A stretch of DNA of 32,000 nt, taken from NCBI RefSeq assembly GCF_000284115.1, contig NC_017080.1, positions 2,550,001 through 2,582,000 of the forward strand. Reading direction: 5' to 3'. The notes beneath the pieces are model-generated. The model worked only from the letters and a program-made list of their open reading frames with translations. It was not told the origin of the DNA and searched no databases. Position numbers and translations under genes: made by a program. Positions 16,366 through 23,474 of the stretch are shown in pieces (position 1 is the stretch's first letter; every line of letters starts with the position of its first letter). This stretch comes from Phycisphaera mikurensis NBRC 102666. Lineage in GTDB: Bacteria > Planctomycetota > Phycisphaerae > Phycisphaerales > Phycisphaeraceae.

Positions 16366-17949
16366 TCAAACCTCGGCCGGCACGAGCTTCTCTTCCTTCC
16401 ACTTCTTGAGCTTCACGCCCAGGGTGCGGAGGCCGATGCCCAGCGCAGAAGCGGCGCGGGTCCGGTTGCCGTCGAAGTGGGCCAGCGCGGCGAGGATCTT
16501 CTCCCGCTCGATCTCGTCGAGCGGACGGACGGCCGCGGGGCCGCTGCCCTCGCAGGGATCCGCCTCGCACTCCACCACCACCGGCTCCGCCACGGGCGGC
16601 AGCGACATCAGCCGGTCCGGGTTCGGCGACGGCGGCTGCAGCGAGGGGCTGCCCAGCGCGGCCGCGGGCGTGAGCGCGCCCGCGGCGGCCGCGGCGGCCG
16701 TCGCGGCGGCGGGCCGCGGCGGCGCCGCGGGATCGCCGGGCGGGGCTTCCAGCCACGGCCGGAACAGCGAGGCCCCCAGCGTGCCGTCCCCGCCCAGCAC
16801 CGCCGCCCGCTCGCAGAGGTTCTGCAGCTCCCGCACGTTGCCCGGCCAGCGGTACGCCGACAGCAGCGCCTCCGCCTCGGGCGTCAGCCGCTTCGGCTCG
16901 GCCCCGCTCCGCTGCGCGATGCTGCGCAGGAAATGCGCGGCCAGCGCGGGCACGTCGCCGCCGCGGTCACGCAGCGGCGGCAGCTCCAGCGGCAGCACGT
17001 TGAGCCGGTAGTAGAGGTCCTGCCGGAAGCTGCCGTCGGCGACGCTGCGGGTGAGGTCGCGGTTGGTCGTGGCGATGACGCGGACGTCGACGCTGCGGGT
17101 GGCGCTGCTGCCGACCCGCTCGAACTGCCCCTCCTGCAGGACGCGCAGCAGCTTCGCCTGCAGCGTCGGGTCGATCTCGCTGACCTCGTCGAGGAAGAGC
17201 GTTCCGCCGTCGGCCAGCTCGAAGCGGCCCTTCCGCTCGCTGTCGGCGCCGGTGAAGGCGCCTCGCTCGTGCCCGAAGAGCTCGCTCTCGAGGAGCGAGC
17301 TCGACAGCGCGGCGCAGTTGAGGCAGAGCATCACCGCGTCCCTCCGCCGCGAGGCCGCGTGGCACGCCCGGGCGACGACTTCCTTGCCCGTGCCCGACTC
17401 GCCGCGGATCAGCACCGTCGCGTCGGCCGCCGCCACCGGCACGAGCTCCGCCTTCACCCGCCGCATCGCGGGCGAGTCGCCGACGATGCCGGCGAGCGGG
17501 TCCCGCGGCGCCGCGGATCGCGGGGCTTTGGCCGCGGGATCGGCCGCGGTCCGCGGCGCGGCCGCCGCGGGCGGCCCGGCCGCCTCCGCCGCGGCCACCG
17601 CCCGCTTCATCACCGACAGGAGCGCATCGCCCTCGAAGGGCTTCTGGATGAAGTCGAAGGCCCCCGCCTTCATCGCCGAGACCGCGTCGTTGACGCCGCC
17701 GAACGCGGTCATGAGGACCACCGGCAAGCCCGGCTGCGCCGCGAGGAGCTCGTCGAGCAGCTCCAACCCCGTCATGTTCGGCATCGACAGGTCGGTGAGG
17801 ACGGCGGTCGGCCGGTGCTTCTTGCGCATCTTCAGCGCGGTCGCTCCCTCGGGCGCGGTGACGACGAGGAAGCCCGCCCGCTGCAGGATCGCGGCGACGC
17901 TGTCGCGCATGACCTGCTTGTCGTCGACGACGAGGATTCTCTGGGCCAT
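16366..17949 (-). CDS. Sigma54-dependent response regulator (NtrC/FlrC-like)
   Basis: Receiver domain (ILVVDDKQVMRDSV, PTAVLTDLSMPNMTGLELL), AAA+ domain (VLIRGESGTGKEVVARACH, ELFGHERGAFTGAD), C-terminal Fis-type HTH (NRTRAASALGIGLRTLGVKLK). Confidence 0.95.
   Translation of the reverse strand: MAQRILVVDDKQVMRDSVAAILQRAGFLVVTAPEGATALKMRKKHRPTAVLTDLSMPNMTGLELLDELLAAQPGLPVVLMTAFGGVNDAVSAMKAGAFDFIQKPFEGDALLSVMKRAVAAAEAAGPPAAAAPRTAADPAAKAPRSAAPRDPLAGIVGDSPAMRRVKAELVPVAAADATVLIRGESGTGKEVVARACHAASRRRDAVMLCLNCAALSSSLLESELFGHERGAFTGADSERKGRFELADGGTLFLDEVSEIDPTLQAKLLRVLQEGQFERVGSSATRSVDVRVIATTNRDLTRSVADGSFRQDLYYRLNVLPLELPPLRDRGGDVPALAAHFLRSIAQRSGAEPKRLTPEAEALLSAYRWPGNVRELQNLCERAAVLGGDGTLGASLFRPWLEAPPGDPAAPPRPAAATAAAAAAGALTPAAALGSPSLQPPSPNPDRLMSLPPVAEPVVVECEADPCEGSGPAAVRPLDEIEREKILAALAHFDGNRTRAASALGIGLRTLGVKLKKWKEEKLVPAEV
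17511..17556. repeat. 46-bp inverted-repeat element, copy E (CCGCGGATC-N28-GGTCCGCGG, one arm mismatch)
   Basis: Same 46-bp span as copies A-D. Lies in the Ala/Pro-rich linker of the response regulator gene. Confidence 0.55.
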
Positions 17950-17955
17950 GTCGGA

Positions 17956-18837
17956 TCAGCTCTCCGGGAACGTCAGGGTGAAGGCGGCTCCGCCGCGGTT
18001 CTCGACCGCGACCGCGCCGCCGTGGGCGTCCACGAGGCGGTGAACGATCGCCAGGCCCAGCCCGGTGCCGGAGCTGCGCGTGGTGAAGAAGGGGTTGAAC
18101 AGCCGGTCGGCCGCGTCGGGGTCGATGCCCGGGCCGGAGTCGGCGACGCGGAGGTAGCCGGCGCCGGCGGCCAGCCGCAGCGTGCGGGGCCTGCCGGCCG
18201 GCAGGCCGGCCATCGCGTCGACCGCGTTGCGCACGAGGTTCAGCAGCGCGCGATGCACGAGGTCCGGGTCGACCCGCAAGCGGACCCCGCCGGCGTCCAG
18301 CCCGACCGACACGCCCGCCGCCGCCAGCTCCGGCCCGGCCGCCTCCGCCGCGGACCGCAGCAGCTTCTCGGCCGGAACGTCGACGGTCCGCGGCTCCACC
18401 TGCTGGGCGAAGCTGAGCACGTCGTTCACCACCGCCGAGAGCGAGCGGACGGCCCCGGTGATCTTGCCGGCGTTGCCGCGGGCCTCCCGCACCGGCTTGC
18501 TCGCCGGCGCTGCGACGCCGCCGCCGGCCTCGGCCATCTCCAGGTCGGCCGCGACCAGCTCCGCGTAAAGGCCGATCGCTCCCAGCGGGTTCCGCACCTC
18601 GTGGGCGATGCCCGCGGCCATCTCACCCAGCGCCGCCAGCCGCTTGCTGCGCTGCAGCTGCTCGCTGGTGGTGGCGAGCTCGGCCCGCAGCCGCTTCACC
18701 TCGCCCTGCAGCGCCTCGTGGCTCCGCTGCAGCTTCTCGGTGATCCCGTTGTACGCGCCGATGAGCTCGTGGAGATCCTCCACCGAGAGCGCCGGCTTGG
18801 CGGGCACCGCGACGGCCTCGGGCGCGGCCGCGGTCAT
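17956..18837 (-). CDS. Sensor histidine kinase (FlrB/FleS-like)
   Basis: H-box LAALGEMAAGIAHEVRNPLGAI, N-box LNLVRNAVDAM, G-boxes VADSGPGIDP / GTGLGLAIVHRLVDAHGG. Pairs with the downstream response regulator. Confidence 0.9.
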   Translation of the reverse strand: MTAAAPEAVAVPAKPALSVEDLHELIGAYNGITEKLQRSHEALQGEVKRLRAELATTSEQLQRSKRLAALGEMAAGIAHEVRNPLGAIGLYAELVAADLEMAEAGGGVAAPASKPVREARGNAGKITGAVRSLSAVVNDVLSFAQQVEPRTVDVPAEKLLRSAAEAAGPELAAAGVSVGLDAGGVRLRVDPDLVHRALLNLVRNAVDAMAGLPAGRPRTLRLAAGAGYLRVADSGPGIDPDAADRLFNPFFTTRSSGTGLGLAIVHRLVDAHGGAVAVENRGGAAFTLTFPES

Positions 18838-19316
18838 CCGCGGCGGTTGGTGAAGCGGGTGGCGCCGGGCACGGCCGCACGCTTGTAGGCGTTCAGCGCC
18901 CGCGGCGTCCGGGCCGCCTGCGTCAGCTCGGCCTTCACCGCGTCGCGTCCTTCCGCCAGCGCGCGCTGCCCGGCGTCGTCGAGGCCCATGATCTCCTCGA
19001 GAAGCCGCTGGACCTCGTCGACCAGCGAGCGGACGGCGTCGCGGCACGCCGGCCCGCCCGCCGCGGCGACGTCGCCGATCCGCGGGCGCAGCGGGTCCAG
19101 CTCGGCGTTGAGCGCCGTCAACGCGTCGACGTGGCGTTGCCGCCGGCCGAGCAGGGTCATGAGCGCCCCCGCGTCGCGGCGGGCGATCAGGTCGCCCTGC
19201 ATCTCCGCGAGCGCTCTGAGCTGCTCGTACTCGTCCCGCTGCCGCTCCAGCAGCGACCTCAGCCGGGCGGCCTCGGCGGCGTCGTCGGTGCGGATTGGGA
19301 GGGCGTGTGCGGTCAT
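18834..19316 (-). CDS. FlgN-like flagellar chaperone (tentative)
   Basis: 160-aa helical protein; stop overlaps the kinase start (ATGA). Its length, heptad character and position at the head of the flagellar cluster resemble FlgN. Confidence 0.5.
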   Translation of the reverse strand: MTAHALPIRTDDAAEAARLRSLLERQRDEYEQLRALAEMQGDLIARRDAGALMTLLGRRQRHVDALTALNAELDPLRPRIGDVAAAGGPACRDAVRSLVDEVQRLLEEIMGLDDAGQRALAEGRDAVKAELTQAARTPRALNAYKRAAVPGATRFTNRRG

Positions 19317-19366
19317 CCTTGACCAGGGCTCGGGCGACGCGCCGGCGTCCTGCCGGCCGCTGGGTT

Positions 19367-19386
19367 ATCGGCCGCCTCCGGCCGAT
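19367..19386. terminator. Candidate terminator hairpin ATCGGCCG-CCTC-CGGCCGAT
   Basis: Perfect 8-bp stem with a 4-nt loop between the GMC gene stop (19468, minus strand) and the FlgN-like start (19316). No clear U-tract. Confidence 0.4.
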
Positions 19387-19467
19387 CCCCCCAAAAGATC
19401 GCGCAGAAGCTGCGCCGGACGCCGCCGGGGCGTGCGGTGCCGCGCCCGGGCCCCGCCCCGCCCCGCG

Positions 19468-21075
19468 TCACACCGCCGCGACGCGTTCGCCGGCGACGGA
19501 GAGCTCCATCAGCTTCAGCGTGGCGTCGGCCGGCTGCCGCCGCGGCAGCTCCAGCGGCTGGCCCGCCAGCTTCGCGGCGACGCGGAGGGCGTTGGCGACG
19601 ATCGTCAGCGTCAGGTTCGTGGCCCCCATGCTCGGCATGAAGGCCGAGTCGACCACGAGCAGGTTCTCGACGCCGTGGCTGCGGCAGTCGCTGTCGAGCA
19701 CGCTCGTCGCCGGGTCGTCGCCCATCGGGCAGGTGCCGGCCTGGTGCCAGACGGTGTCCAGGCCCATCGTCTTCAGCCAGAAGCGGTCGTAGCCGCAGCG
19801 GCGGAGCTGCTTCTGCCAGAGCGCGAGGAAGTCTTCGTGGGCGCTCATGTTCGTGCTCTTGAAGCTCACCTTCAGCCGGCCGGCGTCGGTCACCGTCACG
19901 CGGTTCTCCGGCACCGGCAGGTCCTCGCTGGTCATCCACCAGTTGATGCAGTGCGCGGCGTCGTACTTGAGCACCTCGTCGGGCACCGGGCCGTTGCTGA
20001 AGGCCTTCAACCGCTGCCAGGGCGCCTTCCCGGTGAGCTGCACGGTGCCCAGCGGGTAGTCGTGCTCCTCGCTGCCGAAGTAGTAGTCGTGGAAGGCGAG
20101 CGTCTTCTGGAACACGGTGGTGTTCGGCGTGTAGCCGATGGCCAGGAGCGCCGAGTGGTTGTGCTTCATGAGCCCGCGGCCGACGAGGTCGTTGCCGTTG
20201 CCGGCACCGGCCGGCCAAGCGTCGCAGCGCGAAGCGAGCATCAGGGCGGCGGAGTTGATGGCGCCGCAGGAGAGGACCACCTGGTCGGCCGTCACCTCCT
20301 CCGGCTCGTGCCCCGCGCGCCGGACCCACACGCCCCGGCAACGCTTGCCCCCGGCGGCGGGCAGCAGCCGCAGCACCCGCGCGTGCTCCCAGAGCTCGAC
20401 GCGGCCCTCGCCCTCGACCAGCGCCGGGTTGATCCCGACCGTCTCGGCGTCGCACTTGGCGTGCAGCTTGCAGGGGAAGGGGTCGCAGGTCTGGCAGCGG
20501 ATGCACGGCCGCGCACCGGGGTCTTCCTCGTCGCGGTTGAGCGAGAGCGGGTTGTGGATCGGGTGGAAGCCGAGCTTCTGCAGCTCGTCGGCCCGGGCCT
20601 GGATGTAGGGCTCGTGCTCGAAGGGGCCGAAGGGGTACGGCTCGCTGCGGCGGGGCTCGGTCGGGTCCTCGTCCGCGCCCGCGTGGATCATGTACATCCG
20701 CTCGGCGAGGCAGTAGAAAGGCTCGATGTCGTCGTAGGTGATCGGCCAGCCCGGCGACAGACCCTCCTTCAGCGGCAGGTCCTCGAAGTCCCTCTCCCGC
20801 ATCCGCTGCAGGACGGAGCCGTAGACCTTCGTGTTGCCGCCCACGTTGTAGTAGGCGTGGGGGTTGAGCTCCCGATCCTTGCCGTCGAGCCACATCTCGT
20901 CGGTGCGGTACCGCCCCCGCGTCACGATCTCGTCCGGGCTCCAGTTCTCGTCCTCCACCGGGAGCCGCCCCCCGCGCTCGAGGATCAGGACACGCTTGCC
21001 GGTCTTGGCCAGCGTCCGGGCGACGGCGGAGCCGCCGGCCCCGGCGCCGACGATCAGGAAGTCGTAGTCAGCCAT
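19468..21075 (-). CDS. GMC family oxidoreductase
   Basis: N-terminal FAD-binding ADYDFLIVGAGAGGSAVARTLAKTGKRVLILERG. C-terminal GMC signature (HQAGTCPMGDDPATSVLDSDCRSHGVENLLVVDSAFMPSMGATNLTLTIVANALRVA). Confidence 0.92.
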   Translation of the reverse strand: MADYDFLIVGAGAGGSAVARTLAKTGKRVLILERGGRLPVEDENWSPDEIVTRGRYRTDEMWLDGKDRELNPHAYYNVGGNTKVYGSVLQRMRERDFEDLPLKEGLSPGWPITYDDIEPFYCLAERMYMIHAGADEDPTEPRRSEPYPFGPFEHEPYIQARADELQKLGFHPIHNPLSLNRDEEDPGARPCIRCQTCDPFPCKLHAKCDAETVGINPALVEGEGRVELWEHARVLRLLPAAGGKRCRGVWVRRAGHEPEEVTADQVVLSCGAINSAALMLASRCDAWPAGAGNGNDLVGRGLMKHNHSALLAIGYTPNTTVFQKTLAFHDYYFGSEEHDYPLGTVQLTGKAPWQRLKAFSNGPVPDEVLKYDAAHCINWWMTSEDLPVPENRVTVTDAGRLKVSFKSTNMSAHEDFLALWQKQLRRCGYDRFWLKTMGLDTVWHQAGTCPMGDDPATSVLDSDCRSHGVENLLVVDSAFMPSMGATNLTLTIVANALRVAAKLAGQPLELPRRQPADATLKLMELSVAGERVAAV

Positions 21076-21150
21076 GTGGGTTTTTCGGAATCGCGCCCCG
21101 CGTGCGGGTGAAGGTAGGTCGTGGCGCGCGGGGGCCGCGCTTCGTCGATC

Positions 21151-21352
21151 ACGAAGATCGCGAAGACACGAAGGCACGAAGGGAGCAGCAGAAGGGTTGC
21201 GCCGCGTCGGCTCCTTCGACATCTCGAGCGTGGTCCGGGACCCGACCGGAGCGAGCGCAGCCGCCACCGGGCCGGCCGCGTCCGTTCGGTGGACGGGGCG
21301 GGCTCCCTGCGCTCTTCATCGCGCCTTGGCGCCTTCGCGCTCTTCGCGATGC
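21151..21352. repeat. Pair of inverted CGAAG-type short-repeat clusters
   Basis: The plus strand ACGAAGATCGCGAAGACACGAAGGCACGAAGG (21151-21182) resembles the reverse complement of CATCGCGCCTTGGCGCCTTCGCGCTCTTCGCGATG (about 21318-21352). Confidence 0.6.
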
Positions 21353-21381
21353 AGCGAAGCGACCGCCCCCACGCGGCGACT

Positions 21382-22026
21382 TCAAAGGGCTCGGAGGAGC
21401 ACGCGGGTCGGAGCGGCGTCCGCACCCTGGATCTTCAGGGGCAGCGCGATCATCTCGTGGTCGCCGGGATCGACGTGCTGGAGGCGGAGGCCCTCGACGA
21501 CGCACACGCCGGCCTGCAGCAGGATGTGGTGCGTGCTGGCGGCGTCGTCGAAGGGGGCGACGCTCAGGTAGTCGACGCCGACGAAGCCGACGCCGCGGTC
21601 GGCGAGGTAGCCGGCGGCGTCGGGCGCGATCGCGGCGTAGCCCTCGTCGAAGGGCTCGACGTTCCAGTCCCGGTCGCTGTTGCGGGTCTTGAAGATCAGC
21701 CGGTCGCCGGCGTCGATCCGCCGCTGGTCGTCGATCCACTGGACGTCGTCGGCGCAGACGTGCGGCTCGCCGCGGACCGCGACCACGCGGACCCGTCCGA
21801 TGCCGCGGTCCGCGGGCATGTGCGCGATGTCCTCGCCGCCGACGAGGAAGTGCGAGAACGCGTCCATGTGCGTGCCGGTGTGGACGCTGGTCCTCAGCAC
21901 CGAGACGTCGCAGCCGTTGGGCTCGTCGAGCGCCTCCAGCAGGCTCACCTCCACCGACGGCTGCCCTGGCCACGCGGGCATCCCGGGGTGGATGGGCATC
22001 GTCGCGTCGATCCAGGCGTGGGGCAT
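21382..22026 (-). CDS. Cyclase family protein (kynurenine formamidase-like)
   Basis: 214 aa with MPIHPGMPAWPGQP ... SVHTGTHMDAFSHFLVGG ... VGVDYLSVAPFDD, the zinc-hydrolase cyclase family motifs (H-x-G-T-H-x-D). Confidence 0.85.
   Translation of the reverse strand: MPHAWIDATMPIHPGMPAWPGQPSVEVSLLEALDEPNGCDVSVLRTSVHTGTHMDAFSHFLVGGEDIAHMPADRGIGRVRVVAVRGEPHVCADDVQWIDDQRRIDAGDRLIFKTRNSDRDWNVEPFDEGYAAIAPDAAGYLADRGVGFVGVDYLSVAPFDDAASTHHILLQAGVCVVEGLRLQHVDPGDHEMIALPLKIQGADAAPTRVLLRAL
21770..21815. repeat. 46-bp inverted-repeat element, copy C (CCGCGGACCGCG-N22-CGCGGTCCGCGG)
   Basis: 12-bp perfect arms, inside the cyclase-family coding region. Confidence 0.75.
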
Positions 22027-22035
22027 GCGGCCAAG

Positions 22036-22054
22036 CTAGCAGGCCGCTGCAGAA
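22036..22054 (+). repeat. Left terminal inverted repeat plus CTAG target site
   Basis: ctagcaggccgctgcagaa. Confidence 0.88.
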
Positions 22055-22116
22055 ACCCACTGCCGGATCGTTGGCTTGAGGCACGGGGGTTGTCTGCGAA
22101 TTCGTCGGCCAGCGGC

Positions 22117-22183
22117 GGGTGATCCGCCGCATCGTCGGGGGATTTTCAGCCGCTCGAACGGCGGCAGCACGGTGGGATCACCC
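22117..22183. other. Large stem structure downstream of the transposase (GGGTGATCC...GGATCACCC)
   Basis: 9-bp perfect inverted arms 22117-22125 and 22175-22183 with a further GCCG/CGGC stem inside. Confidence 0.5.
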
Positions 22184-22203
22184 ACCGATCCAGCCATCGG
22201 CCT

Positions 22204-23406
22204 CTACGCCGCCATCAGGTTCCTCAGCCTCACCAGCGTCAGCCCCGCCGCGGCGATGTGCCACTGCTGTTGGATCCGCTCTCGACCCACCAGACGCGCC
22301 TTGCTCAAGAGTGCGTGGCTCTTCAACCAGCCAAACGGCTCCTCCACTTTCTTGCGTTTCCGCTGGCTGATCGCGTAGCCGCGGTCCCGCAGCTTCCGCC
22401 GGAAGTTGCGGAGCCTGGCCGCCAGTTTCGGCCGGTCCGCCTTCTTCGGCCCCCTCCGCCCGCCGGGCCGACGCTCGCGGCTGGGGGCAACGTGCGGGGT
22501 CGCCCCCCGGTCTTCGAGCTCGCGAAGAAACGCGCCGGCGTCGTAGCCGGCGTCGGCTCCGACCGTGCGGGCGCTGATCCCGTGGGTCGTCTTGAGCGTG
22601 TCGACCAGTTCCAGGGCCGTCTCCCGCTCGGCGAAGCCGTTGGCCTCGGAGAGCTTCATCCCCACGATGATGCCGCTGCGGTTGTCCACCAGCAGGTGGC
22701 CCATGTGCGAGAGCTTGGCGGGCTGGCCGTCGCCCTTGCGGTAGAGCTTGGCCTCCGGATCGGTCACGCTGCGGTGCGTGGCGTTGCTGCGCTTCTGGCC
22801 GTGGAAGTCTTGCTCGGGGTTGCGGCTCTTGAAGCCACCGGTGCCGCCGGGACCCTTGTCGTGGTCCTGATCGTCGCCGCCGCAGTGCTGCTTGCGGGCT
22901 TGAGCGGCATCGGCGGTGGCGTTGGGCACGAAGCTCTTGATGGAGCCGTGGCTCTCGATGAGCGTGCCGTCGACGCTGAAGTGCTCGGTGGAGACCTTGC
23001 CCGTGTCGATGGCCAGCTTGGTGACGGCGGTGAAGAACTTCTCGGCGAGCTTGTGCTTGATCAGCCGGTCGCGGTTGTGGGTGAAGGCGGTGGCGGCGGG
23101 GACCGGCTCGGCGGGGTCCATGCCGCAGAACCACCGGAACACCAGGTCGGTGTCGAGGCGGTCGAAGAGCTTGGCTTCGCTGGAGACGCCGTAGAGCGCC
23201 TGCAAGAGCATGAGCTTGAGCAGCCGCTCAGGCGGGACACCTGGGCGGCCCACGTCGGCGTAGGCCGCGTCGAAGTCGGCGGTCATGTCGCCGAGGATGC
23301 GGTCGACGATCCGGCGAATCGGCCGCAGCGGGTGGTCGGGGCGGATGCGTTCTTCGAGGTCGATCGCGAAGAACATCGGGGACGAGGAAGCGACGCGGCC
23401 ACGCAT
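22204..23406 (-). CDS. IS5-like DDE transposase
   Basis: 400 aa: DUF772-like N-terminus (GRPGVPPERLLKLMLLQALYGVSSEAKLFDRLDTDLVFRWFCG), DDE region (HFSVDGTLIESHGSIKSF, KLSHMGHLLVDNRSGIIV, VGADAGYDAGAF, KVEEPFGWLK). Confidence 0.93.
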   Translation of the reverse strand: MRGRVASSSPMFFAIDLEERIRPDHPLRPIRRIVDRILGDMTADFDAAYADVGRPGVPPERLLKLMLLQALYGVSSEAKLFDRLDTDLVFRWFCGMDPAEPVPAATAFTHNRDRLIKHKLAEKFFTAVTKLAIDTGKVSTEHFSVDGTLIESHGSIKSFVPNATADAAQARKQHCGGDDQDHDKGPGGTGGFKSRNPEQDFHGQKRSNATHRSVTDPEAKLYRKGDGQPAKLSHMGHLLVDNRSGIIVGMKLSEANGFAERETALELVDTLKTTHGISARTVGADAGYDAGAFLRELEDRGATPHVAPSRERRPGGRRGPKKADRPKLAARLRNFRRKLRDRGYAISQRKRKKVEEPFGWLKSHALLSKARLVGRERIQQQWHIAAAGLTLVRLRNLMAA

Positions 23407-23455
23407 GAGAAGGCTCCTGAGGAAGAAGCCTCAGAAGTTAGCGCGATGGACAGGG

Positions 23456-23474
23456 TTCTGCAGCGGCCTGCTAG
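23456..23474 (-). repeat. Right terminal inverted repeat plus CTAG target site
   Basis: ttctgcagcggcctgctag. Confidence 0.88.

Larger units (their letters stand above)
22036..23474. mobile_element. IS5-like insertion sequence, complete, bounded by CTAG on both sides
   Basis: Left end CTAG-CAGGCCGCTGCAGAA (22036-22054) is the perfect inverse of the right end TTCTGCAGCGGCCTG-CTAG (23456-23474). CTAG is the likely target duplication. One intact transposase ORF inside. Confidence 0.9.

Noticed and set aside
15514-18888. 1124-aa plus-strand ORF across flgB, the response regulator and the kinase
   Set aside because: Low-complexity Arg/Ala/Gly/His composition and exactly antisense to three well-supported genes.
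20452-20472. TTGGCGTGCAGCTTGCAGG on the plus strand resembling a sigma54 site
   Set aside because: The -24 element is TGGCGT rather than TGGCAC, and it is antisense inside the GMC gene with no downstream gene to drive.
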